From positions 1 through 30,244 of the forward strand of contig CAMTVK010000004.1 of assembly GCA_947085185.1 (NCBI GenBank): a stretch of 30,244 nt of DNA, in the 5' to 3' direction. The position numbers and the translations under genes were made by a program. Positions 17,061-24,998 of the stretch are shown here, piece by piece; the stretch's first letter is position 1; each line of letters opens with the position of its first letter. The notes under the pieces are model-generated. The model did not search any database, had not been told where the DNA came from, and saw only the letters and a program-made list of their open reading frames with translations. Origin of the DNA: Candidatus Fraserbacteria bacterium (GTDB taxonomy: Bacteria; Bipolaricaulota; Bipolaricaulia; RBG-16-55-9; DRXL01).

Positions 17061-18197
17061 CTATAAGCTCATAAGAGCCTGCAATGCGTCTCGCGTGATC
17101 TGCATGGCTTGCTCGAGGCGTTCGGGGCTGGACTCGTCCAGGGCGTCAATCAAGTGCTCTAAGAGCATCTTGATGGGGGTCACGCGAAAGAGCTTTTCAG
17201 CATAGACAAAAGCGCTGATTCTCTGGCGGCGCAGTAAGATATTGAGGGCGTCCGTCAGTTGCAGCTCGTTGTTTTTATCTGGGGGAGTCGCCTGAAGAGC
17301 TTCGAAGATCTGGGGCACAAGCACGTAGCGCCCGACGATAGTCAGCCCCTTGCTATGCCCCTTGGTCGGCTTCTCTTGGAGCTCTTCGATCAAATAGACG
17401 TGCTCTTGGATGGGCTTGCCCAAGTGCGCGATCCCGTAGTTTTTGAAATCAGCTGCCCCTTCGGCGCCGGTGACCGCGAGCACGCTGCACCGATAGTGTT
17501 CATAGAGAGCCAGCATCTGCCGCAGACAGTTGCGGCCCTCCCCTAAGAGAATATCATCGGGCAGGATGACGGCAAAGGGCTCGTCGCCCACGACCCCATG
17601 AGTAGTTAGAATGGCGTGGCCCAGCCCCAATTGCGGCTCTTGGACGACCGTGCGCACTTTGAGAGATCGGGGAAGCTTTAATGTTGGGACGGCTTTGCCG
17701 GGCGCCAGCACCAAGACGACCTCGCTCACGCCTGCGAGGGCGGCTTCTTGGAGCGCGGGGCGGAGCATCTTCCCGAGCTGTTCTGGGGAGAGCAACCGGG
17801 GCTGCCAGCCCGCCACGGGGATGACAGCGCGACGCACGCGCTTGCGGCGCAGCTCCCGCCAGCGCCCGATCATCCGAGAGAACTCTTCGATCAGCTCATC
17901 GCGCTCAGGCTGGGGAAGCTCGGCGAGCTGTTCTGTAATATCGTTCAGGCGCGGCGTCAGCTCTGCTGTGGGCTGATGGCCTGCGGCCTGCAGGAGCTCT
18001 CTCTTCTCTGAGGGGGTCAGGTCGAGCGCCTGCATCAGGCGCGTGAGCATGGCAAGCGAGGGCCGGCGCTGCCCCCGCTCAAGATACGTGACAAAGCTTG
18101 CCGAGACCCCGGCACGCTGGGCCAACTGGGCTCTGTTCAGCCCCAGCCGCTCCCGATGCCCCTGCAGCAAGCGCGCCAGCTCCGTTAGGTCGTGCAT
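17061..18197 (-). CDS. XRE-family HTH fused to a degenerate GalU-like (UTP-glucose-1-phosphate uridylyltransferase) domain; putative transcription regulator
   Basis: N-terminus RERLGLNRAQLAQRAGVSASFVTYLERGQRRPS. C-terminal domain keeps AVIPVAG, Q-x3-LGLGHA, FAVILPD, YG, EKP, GRYVL and ELQLTDA, but lacks GxGTR/PKEM and the terminal DxG. Confidence 0.85.
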   Translation of the reverse strand: MHDLTELARLLQGHRERLGLNRAQLAQRAGVSASFVTYLERGQRRPSLAMLTRLMQALDLTPSEKRELLQAAGHQPTAELTPRLNDITEQLAELPQPERDELIEEFSRMIGRWRELRRKRVRRAVIPVAGWQPRLLSPEQLGKMLRPALQEAALAGVSEVVLVLAPGKAVPTLKLPRSLKVRTVVQEPQLGLGHAILTTHGVVGDEPFAVILPDDILLGEGRNCLRQMLALYEHYRCSVLAVTGAEGAADFKNYGIAHLGKPIQEHVYLIEELQEKPTKGHSKGLTIVGRYVLVPQIFEALQATPPDKNNELQLTDALNILLRRQRISAFVYAEKLFRVTPIKMLLEHLIDALDESSPERLEQAMQITRDALQALMSL

Positions 18198-18212
18198 AGT
18201 TCCGGTGATGTA

Positions 18213-18241
18213 AGCTTAGCTCTTGCTCTTCACTCTGTCAA
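18213..18241 (-). promoter_or_regulatory. Promoter of the HTH-GalU/PGI genes with an overlapping candidate operator
   Basis: TTGACA (18241-18236), 17 bp, TAAGCT (18218-18213); box TTCACTCTGTCAA at 18229-18241. Confidence 0.7.
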
Positions 18242-18331
18242 GAGCCCCACCAAGAGATAAGCCCTCTTCCCCCATAGCGTTGTGGAAGCTCCAGCAAGAA
18301 AATCGCGATCAGAAGAGTATCTTTATAGCAG

Positions 18332-18382
18332 TTGACGTTCACTTTGTGAATATTTTATAGTATAAATGGTTCACTCAGTGAT
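18332..18382 (+). promoter_or_regulatory. ppsA promoter with two palindromic candidate operators
   Basis: TTGACG (18332-18337), 18 bp, TATAGT (18356-18361); boxes TTCACTTTGTGAA (18338-18350) and TTCACTCAGTGAT (18370-18382). Confidence 0.75.
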
Positions 18383-18401
18383 GAGCGTAAGGAGGCAGCC
18401 C

Positions 18402-20828
18402 ATGAGAACCATCGCATGGTTGGATGAGGTCGGACAAGCTGATGTGAGCTTGGTAGGGGGAAAGGGGGCATCTTTGGGGGAGATGCGTCGGGCCCTGCAA
18501 GGCATTCCCGTGCCCGACGGCTTTATCGTTACTGCCGAAGCGTTTCGTGCGTTTTTGGAGCGCACAGGGCTGGACAAGCGCATCCGCGCGCTCACCAGCC
18601 AGCTCGATACCCATAACGTCCAGATGCTCGCCGACTATGGGCAAAGCCTCAGAAATCTTATCATTGAGACGCCCTTGCCGTCTGATCTTGAGAGCGAGAT
18701 CGTGCGCGCCTATCGCGAGCTGGTGCGCAAGACCGGCAGCCCAGACGTCGCCGTGCGCTCTTCAGCAACACTCGAAGATTCCCAAGAGCACTCATTTGCC
18801 GGCCAGCACGACACGTTCTTGAATATCAAAACCGAAGCGATGCTTTTAGATCGCGTGCGTCGGTGCTTTGCCAGCCTCTTCACCGATCGCGCGATCTCTT
18901 ATAGGCGCGACCGAGGGGTTGCTAACGGTGACGTGGACTTAGCCGTGGTCGTCCAGCAGATGGTGCGCTCAGACCTAGCAGCTTCTGGGGTACTCTTCAC
19001 CATTGACCCCGAATCGGGCGCGGAGAATGTCGTCTATGTGACGTCGTCGTATGGGTTTGGGGAGCTCGTCGTGCAGGGGCGGGTCAACCCTGATCAGTTC
19101 TATGTTTTTAAGCCGGGGCTGGTCAATGGCTATGCAGCCCTGATCGAGAAACGTTTAGGGAGCAAGCAGAAGAAGCTCGTCTGCGCCAATGGCGCGCTCA
19201 CAGAAGAAGACGTCTCTCTTGAAGAACAACAACGGTTTTCTCTCAGTGACGACGAAGTGTTGCAATTAGCTCGGTGGGCGGTGCAGATCGAGAAGCATTA
19301 CGGGCGCCCCATGGACATCGAGTGGGCCAAAGATGGGGGCAGTCAAAGACTTTTTATCGTGCAGGCGCGTCCGGAGACGGTCCACGGGGCCAAGGGCGCC
19401 CATACTCTTGAGAACTTCGTGCTTGAGGAGACGGGGGAACTCTTAGCTTGGGGCGAGCCGGTGGGCAGCAAGATCGGTCAAGGGCCAGCGCACGTCATTC
19501 TCGACGTCAAAGAGATCGCGCGTTTTGCTCCCGGCGAAGTTCTGGTGACCGAGATGACCGATCCCGACTGGGAACCCATTATGAAGATTGCCTCGGCGAT
19601 CGTGACCGAGCGCGGGGGGAGGACGTGCCATGCCGCGATCATCTCGCGCGAGCTAGGCATTCCGTGCGTCATCGGAGCAGAGAACGCCACCAAGAAGATT
19701 CAGTCCGGGCAAGAGATCACCGTAGACTGCTCTCAGGGTGAAGGGCGCGTCTTTGCTGGGCGCTTGAAGTTCAGAATTGATCGCATCGATGTGGCACAGC
19801 TGCCTCGCACGCGCACAAAAATTATGATGAACGTGGGCATCCCGGAGACGGCGTTTGCCCAAGCGCGCATCCCCAACGACGGCGTCGGGCTCGCCCGCGA
19901 AGAGTTTATTATCAGTTCGCACATTGGGATTCACCCCAAGGCGCTCTTAGAATACGAGCAGCTCAAAGCCCGCGCGCCCCACGATGAGCAGATCGCCCAG
20001 ATCATTAAAGAGATCGACGCGCGCACCGTGGGCTACCTCGACAAGGCCCAGTTCTTTATAGACAAGCTTGCGTCGGGGGTCGCGAAGATCGCTGCGGCCT
20101 TCTGGCCCAACGACGTGATCGTCAGGCTGTCAGACTTCAAGAGCAACGAGTACGCGAGCTTGATCGGGGGCGCGCTCTACGAACCGACCGAGTCCAATCC
20201 CATGATCGGCTGGCGGGGCGCGTCGCGGTATTACGATCCCAAATACAAAGATGCATTCGGTCTCGAATGCCAAGCGCTTGTGAAAGCCCGCGACGAGATG
20301 GGTCTCACAAACATTAAAGTGATGATCCCCTTCTGTCGCACTCCCCAAGAAGGGCGCAAAGTCATCGAGACGATGGGGGAGTTTGGGCTCAAGCAGGGCG
20401 AGAATGGTCTTGAGATCTATGTGATGTGCGAGATCCCAAGCAACGTGATCTTGGCTGAAGAGTTCGCTGAGATTTTTGACGGTTTTTCGATTGGGAGCAA
20501 CGATCTCACGCAGTTAACGTTGGGGCTGGATCGAGACTCAGAGCTGGTCGCGCATATTTACGATGAGCGCAACGAGGCCGTCAAGCGTCTGGTCCGGCAC
20601 GTCATTGGCGTAGCACGACGCAAGGGGCGCAAGATCGGGATCTGCGGGCAGGCGCCCTCAGACTTCCCAGAATTTGCAGAGTTCTTGGTCGAATGTGGGA
20701 TCGACAGCATCTCGCTCAACCCCGATACGGTCATCAAGACGAGATTGCTCATAGCCGAGAAAGAACGCGAGCTTTCACTTTCCCCACAAACTCACATCGC
20801 CCTTGGCGAAGCGCTCCGCTTCGTCTAA
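18402..20828 (+). CDS. ppsA: Phosphoenolpyruvate synthase (pyruvate, water dikinase)
   Basis: VGGKGASLGEM, VAVRSSA, SFAGQ, GGRTCHAAI (phospho-His), NPMIGWRGASRY, FSIGSNDLTQ; ATG 18402 with AAGGAGG. Confidence 0.98.
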   Translation: MRTIAWLDEVGQADVSLVGGKGASLGEMRRALQGIPVPDGFIVTAEAFRAFLERTGLDKRIRALTSQLDTHNVQMLADYGQSLRNLIIETPLPSDLESEIVRAYRELVRKTGSPDVAVRSSATLEDSQEHSFAGQHDTFLNIKTEAMLLDRVRRCFASLFTDRAISYRRDRGVANGDVDLAVVVQQMVRSDLAASGVLFTIDPESGAENVVYVTSSYGFGELVVQGRVNPDQFYVFKPGLVNGYAALIEKRLGSKQKKLVCANGALTEEDVSLEEQQRFSLSDDEVLQLARWAVQIEKHYGRPMDIEWAKDGGSQRLFIVQARPETVHGAKGAHTLENFVLEETGELLAWGEPVGSKIGQGPAHVILDVKEIARFAPGEVLVTEMTDPDWEPIMKIASAIVTERGGRTCHAAIISRELGIPCVIGAENATKKIQSGQEITVDCSQGEGRVFAGRLKFRIDRIDVAQLPRTRTKIMMNVGIPETAFAQARIPNDGVGLAREEFIISSHIGIHPKALLEYEQLKARAPHDEQIAQIIKEIDARTVGYLDKAQFFIDKLASGVAKIAAAFWPNDVIVRLSDFKSNEYASLIGGALYEPTESNPMIGWRGASRYYDPKYKDAFGLECQALVKARDEMGLTNIKVMIPFCRTPQEGRKVIETMGEFGLKQGENGLEIYVMCEIPSNVILAEEFAEIFDGFSIGSNDLTQLTLGLDRDSELVAHIYDERNEAVKRLVRHVIGVARRKGRKIGICGQAPSDFPEFAEFLVECGIDSISLNPDTVIKTRLLIAEKERELSLSPQTHIALGEALRFV

Positions 20829-22247
20829 GACTGCGCGCACTTTGTCAAGGGAGTCAAGCTCACAATAGAGTCTGAGTACCGGCTCGGTCCCGCTGGCGCG
20901 TAGCAGCAGCCACCCATGCGGAAAGCGCACCTTCACCCCGTCGAGCATCTCCGTCTTGATCACTTCTAAGCCCGCGATCTGCAGCGGCGGCCGACGCTTC
21001 ACGCGCTCCACGATCTCTAGACGACTCTCTAAGTGCAGATCACGCCGGTCGTACCAGTGCGGGCCAACTTCAGCTAAAAGATCGTTCACGATCTCGCTTG
21101 CGGGCTTTTGCGCTCGTGCTGCAATCTCACACAGCAACAGAGAATTCAACACGCCGTCACGCTCCGGAATATGATTTTTTACGGCGATCCCGCCTGATTC
21201 CTCACCCCCGATCAAGACGTCTTCACGGATCATCTTCTCGCAGATATACTTGAACCCCACGGGGACCTCGTCGAGCTCTACGTTATTTTTCACAGCGAGC
21301 GTATCAATCATATCGGAGAGCGCAAATGATTTAACGACTTTGCCGCGCCAGCCCTTCGCCAGGAAGTGTTTGAGAATGAGCGCGAAGCACCGATGGGAGT
21401 CTATGACGTGTCCCAGCTCGTCCATCGCCGCGACGCGGTCGCCGTCGCCATCGGTGACGACGCCGAGCAAGCGCGTGGCGCTCTTCAATCTTTTCCGGCG
21501 TTCGCTGGCGATCACGGCGCGCAGCGGGCTTAAGTTTCTCTCGATGGGCTCAGGGTTCTTTCCCCCAAAGCGCGGGTTGTCCCCGTGGCGCACCGTCAGA
21601 AATTCGATGCCCAAGTCTTTGAGAATCTCCGCGACGTAGCCGCGCGCCGCCCCGTACATCGCGTCTATGACCACACAAAGATCGCTCTTTTGGAGAAGCT
21701 CCGTGTCGATGAGCTGGCGCACACGAGCCAGATAAGGGCTCTTAAAATCTGCGAAATTGAGGGCGCTCTCGGGAGTTTTCGGCGTCGGCGCCTCTGAAGG
21801 GACGAGAGACTCGATGAGCTGAGTGACGCTGGGCGGGGCAGAGCTCGCGTATTCGAGCTTCAGTTTGATCCCATTGTATTCGGGAGGGTTATGACTGGCC
21901 GTGACCATGACGCCCAACGCCGCTTGATAGTGCTGGACGGCATAGGAGAGCGCGGGAGTAGGCACGCAGTCCGCTGCGATCCAGACGGGGATCTCTGCGT
22001 CTTGCAGAATGCGCCCGATGTGTATAGCGAACTCTTTCGAGAGAAAGCGCGTATCATAGCCGATGACGACGCCGCACTCTGGAGGGCGCAAGCCCACGCC
22101 CCATTTTCTATAGACTTCTAAGGCGCGGCGCTGCGGGCTCTTTAAGTACTCAGCGATCGCGGAGGCGACGCGCCCTACGTTCTCAAACGTGAAATCTTGG
22201 GCGATCACCCCGCGCCAGCCGTCGGTGCCAAAGCGAATCGCGCTCAT
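20775..22247 (-). CDS. Phosphoglucomutase/phosphomannomutase family protein
   Basis: FGTDGWRG, TASHNP, DGDGDR, GEESGG, RASGTEP; ATG 22247. Confidence 0.95.
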   Translation of the reverse strand: MSAIRFGTDGWRGVIAQDFTFENVGRVASAIAEYLKSPQRRALEVYRKWGVGLRPPECGVVIGYDTRFLSKEFAIHIGRILQDAEIPVWIAADCVPTPALSYAVQHYQAALGVMVTASHNPPEYNGIKLKLEYASSAPPSVTQLIESLVPSEAPTPKTPESALNFADFKSPYLARVRQLIDTELLQKSDLCVVIDAMYGAARGYVAEILKDLGIEFLTVRHGDNPRFGGKNPEPIERNLSPLRAVIASERRKRLKSATRLLGVVTDGDGDRVAAMDELGHVIDSHRCFALILKHFLAKGWRGKVVKSFALSDMIDTLAVKNNVELDEVPVGFKYICEKMIREDVLIGGEESGGIAVKNHIPERDGVLNSLLLCEIAARAQKPASEIVNDLLAEVGPHWYDRRDLHLESRLEIVERVKRRPPLQIAGLEVIKTEMLDGVKVRFPHGWLLLRASGTEPVLRLYCELDSLDKVRAVLDEAERFAKGDVSLWGK

Positions 22248-22249
22248 CT

Positions 22250-22531
22250 TCAGAGTATGGGGTCTTGGGGCTGCAGGGGCTTCTGCTGAGCCAGAACTTG
22301 CCCATTGGGCCCCACGACGCGCTCGACGTGCGGCGGCAGCCGAATCTCCACAGTCTGAAAGACTTCGATGATGAGATCGCGCGGCAGTGCCAGCTCCATC
22401 CACAGGGCTTCTACGTCAACGACCCCGTTGACGACCGGGACTTCCGCGAGCGTCTTCTCGATCGCTCGCGCGTATCTCTGCATAGCGTCGGGCAAGTATG
22501 GCCCATCGGGCTCTCTCAAAAATTCCTCCAT
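22250..22531 (-). CDS. Hypothetical protein, 93 aa (MEEFLREPDGPY...)
   Basis: Fills the gap between the DUF4139-like gene (4 bp) and the mutase (2 bp) on the same strand. Confidence 0.7.
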   Translation of the reverse strand: MEEFLREPDGPYLPDAMQRYARAIEKTLAEVPVVNGVVDVEALWMELALPRDLIIEVFQTVEIRLPPHVERVVGPNGQVLAQQKPLQPQDPIL

Positions 22532-22535
22532 AGCG

Positions 22536-23888
22536 TCAGTACTTCCACTCCACGGTGTAGATGACCTTCGTCGTGTCGTGAGCTTTGACGGATGCTCTAA
22601 AGAGCACCGTGTTCGCGTCGAGCTTCTCGTAGCTTGGCTCAGCTGAGACGATCTTCCACACACCCTGAAGTCTCTCTCTCACTTCGATCACGACGTCGGA
22701 ATCTTTCTGATTGCGCAAAATAATTTCATACGTGTCGCGATAGAGCTCACGGCCCAGCTCGTCTCGGCCGACGACCTGACGGTCTTTGAGGACTCTTTCG
22801 GCTTTGAGATCGAAGGCCATCCCTGGCACGAGCGCGAGCTTCTCCCCTACAGGAGTGTGGCCGAGCAAATCTTCACCGATCCATTGGAGTGTGCCCGCGC
22901 GCTCCGTGTAGAGACGCACGACACCCGCAGGAAGTGCCATTCCCAAGCCGTGTGGCTCGTCATTGACGGAGCGGATCTCCACGCGCACCTGAGGTGCGAC
23001 GGCAGCCTCGTAGACATAGTGTTTGGAGACCGTGACGGCATCGGCGCGTATGAACGGTACTTGCAGAGCGCGCCGGTCCTCAAGAGTTACGCGTCGGGGG
23101 AACTCGTACTGATAGTACTCGAACGTGGGCTTGGTTTCGAGTTCTTTCTCTTGGGCCGCCAGCGGGACGGGCTTTGGGGGGCTGATGGGGGCAGGGGGCG
23201 GCGCCACGCGGCGTAGCTCCCCAGCGACCAGAGTGAGCCTGGCGTTTCTATACTCGCGACCACTAGAGTTTTGAATGGTCACCCAGCTGCGCAACTCCAT
23301 CTGGTCTTCTGTGTCGTTGAGGATCGCCGTGTAATACGCCGACCAGCTCAGCCCTCCGGTGATATAGCTTAGCTGTCCCTGGATTTCTCCGGAAAAATCG
23401 CTCTGGATGCGCCAGCGCAGCGCCGGGGTTTTGCGATAGTCCGCCGGCTGAGCAAGAGAGATCTCACTAAAATCTTTGATGAGCTGGATGCGTCCGGTTA
23501 CTTCTTGAAGGACGATGCCATCTGCGACGCTGAGGAGCGTCCCACGATAGGTCTTGGGGATCAAGCCGCGAGCGACGATCACTTCGACCTCCTGACCGAT
23601 AGAGTTCTGCAGGAGCTGCCAGCCCGTCGGCTCTTGTGATGGGAGAAACTCCTGCTCGACGATCTGGATCTCTTTGAGCGAGCGCAAGAGGACCGAATCG
23701 GGCAGAAGGGTTTTAGGCAAACCTTCGATGAGATACTCGTTTTCTCCCGAAGCGAGCGCAAGCGTGCGGGGTTCTTCGACGAGGGCCAAGTCGCTATAGA
23801 TGGTGATGCGTGGCCCGATGATATCCTGTTGGGCCCCGCCGAGGCTGCTGGTCAGCAGTGCGATCACGACTATGGCCAAGCGTTTCAT
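22536..23888 (-). CDS. Exported DUF4140/DUF4139-type protein
   Basis: Signal peptide; ITIYSDLALVEE, LSYITGGLSWSAYY, NSSG...ARLTLVAG, ALPAGVVRLY; SD AAGGAGG. Confidence 0.82.
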   Translation of the reverse strand: MKRLAIVVIALLTSSLGGAQQDIIGPRITIYSDLALVEEPRTLALASGENEYLIEGLPKTLLPDSVLLRSLKEIQIVEQEFLPSQEPTGWQLLQNSIGQEVEVIVARGLIPKTYRGTLLSVADGIVLQEVTGRIQLIKDFSEISLAQPADYRKTPALRWRIQSDFSGEIQGQLSYITGGLSWSAYYTAILNDTEDQMELRSWVTIQNSSGREYRNARLTLVAGELRRVAPPPAPISPPKPVPLAAQEKELETKPTFEYYQYEFPRRVTLEDRRALQVPFIRADAVTVSKHYVYEAAVAPQVRVEIRSVNDEPHGLGMALPAGVVRLYTERAGTLQWIGEDLLGHTPVGEKLALVPGMAFDLKAERVLKDRQVVGRDELGRELYRDTYEIILRNQKDSDVVIEVRERLQGVWKIVSAEPSYEKLDANTVLFRASVKAHDTTKVIYTVEWKY

Positions 23889-23948
23889 AGTCTCCTCCTT
23901 GTGTATTTAGTTTAGCTGAAGATAAGGGCTCCTGCCAGATCGAGGGGC

Positions 23949-23977
23949 TTGACAGGCACGAGAGAGCGCGTTACAAT
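23949..23977 (+). promoter_or_regulatory. tRNA operon promoter
   Basis: TTGACA, 17 bp, TACAAT, ending 12 nt before tRNA-Cys. Confidence 0.85.
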
Positions 23978-23989
23978 AGCATTGCTCAT

Positions 23990-24061
23990 GGCGGCGTAGC
24001 CAAGTGGTAAGGCGAGGGTCTGCAAAACCCTTATGCACCGGTTCGATTCCGGTCGCCGCCT
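23990..24061 (+). tRNA. tRNA-Cys (GCA); CCA not fully encoded
   Basis: Acceptor GGCGGCG/CGCCGCC with U discriminator; anticodon arm AGGGT-CTGCAAA-ACCCT; T arm ACCGG-TTCGATT-CCGGT. Confidence 0.96.
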
Positions 24062-24068
24062 CAGATAC

Positions 24069-24117
24069 AGTTTCAAGTGAAAAGTTGCAAGTTAAAAGCT
24101 CATTGAAACTTGGTACT
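24069..24117. repeat. Degenerate heptamer array (AGTTnnA-like x5, then two inverted units)
   Basis: AGTTTCA AGTGAAA AGTTGCA AGTTAAA AGCTCAT TGAAACT TGGTACT. Confidence 0.7.
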
Positions 24118-24125
24118 GTTCTTTC

Positions 24126-24200
24126 GGGTGGTTAGCTCAGCGGAAGAGCGTCTGCTTGACGTGCAGAAGGTCGGAGGTTCAAATCCTCCACCACCCACCA
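24126..24200 (+). tRNA. tRNA-Val (GAC), CCA encoded
   Basis: Acceptor GGGTGGT/ACCACCC followed by ACCA; anticodon arm TCTGC-TTGACGT-GCAGA; T arm GGAGG-TTCAAAT-CCTCC. Confidence 0.97.
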
Positions 24201-24213
24201 AAAGTTAGCGCCC

Positions 24214-24241
24214 ACTTCAAAGTTCACAGTTACAAGTTCAA
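24214..24241. repeat. Degenerate heptamer array x4
   Basis: ACTTCAA AGTTCAC AGTTACA AGTTCAA. Confidence 0.6.
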
Positions 24242-24807
24242 GTCACAAAAGCGATCTGTCTCTCAATGATCCGTGGTTCTGCCCCAGCCGTGTCCACCGT
24301 GACAAAAGATATATTATCAGAGCGCGGATCGCTCCAGCCGTCAGAGAGTTTCTGCTTCATCGCTTGATAGATCTCATAGCGCCCGTCGGAGTACCCGCGC
24401 CCGCGCAACGACACGCCCTGACGCGCTGCCAAACGCGCTTGCACTATCTCCTCAGAACACGTCACATAGATGATCCACAGTGAAGCCCGCCCTCGAAACT
24501 CTGCAAAAAATCTCAGGCGCGTCTCGCGGCGCAAGAACGTCCCATCGAGCACAACATGGCGACGCTTGCTCACAGCACGATGGGCACGAGCGAGCATATA
24601 TGCGTACACACGACGATAGTACTCGTCATCGTAAGAGCGCTTTTCCCCAAAGAGCCGATAGCCCACTCTGTCGGTGCTCAAGTAGCGCGCCCGCAGCTCG
24701 CGCGCGATCTGACGAGCGAGAGTCGTCTTACCCACGCCCACCAGCCCGCAGACCATTACCAGCCACGGCTCCGGCAGCTCCCCAAAAAGCTTGCGCCACT
24801 CAATCAT
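24238..24807 (-). CDS. P-loop kinase (AAA_33/gluconate-kinase-like)
   Basis: GLVGVGKTT Walker A, STD, VVLDGTF, lid motif RLAAR. Confidence 0.85.
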   Translation of the reverse strand: MIEWRKLFGELPEPWLVMVCGLVGVGKTTLARQIARELRARYLSTDRVGYRLFGEKRSYDDEYYRRVYAYMLARAHRAVSKRRHVVLDGTFLRRETRLRFFAEFRGRASLWIIYVTCSEEIVQARLAARQGVSLRGRGYSDGRYEIYQAMKQKLSDGWSDPRSDNISFVTVDTAGAEPRIIERQIAFVT

Positions 24808-24943
24808 CTGGGAGAGTAAAGCACTGAGCTCATACGGTTGTCAAGTTGGGGGGGGTCCCTGCGCCAAGAGATCGGTACCAGGGGGAGGTGTGGCAATGGC
24901 TCAAGAAAGCGGGCATCCTCTTCTTGACCCATTACATGCGGTC

Positions 24944-24975
24944 TTGACAAAAGCAGACTATTTTAGTATGCTTTT
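24944..24975 (+). promoter_or_regulatory. Iron-ABC operon promoter with an overlapping 12-3-12 inverted repeat
   Basis: TTGACA (24944-24949), 17 bp, TATGCT (24967-24972); AAAAGCAGACTA-TTT-TAGTATGCTTTT (24949-24975, 11 of 12 positions pair). Confidence 0.8.
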
Positions 24976-24998
24976 CTCACCAAAGAAGGAGGGAAGCT

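Noticed and set aside
18344..18361. Rex (TTGTGAA-N4-TTCACAA) or CRP box at ppsA
   Set aside because: Only one half-site matches; the TTCAC-N3-GTGAA arrangement fits better and recurs three times.
23990..24200. tRNAs as integration sites of an island
   Set aside because: No integrase and no duplicated tRNA 3' end seen in the window.
24848..24855. G8 tract as a phase-variation site
   Set aside because: It is short, intergenic and outside both predicted promoter spacers.
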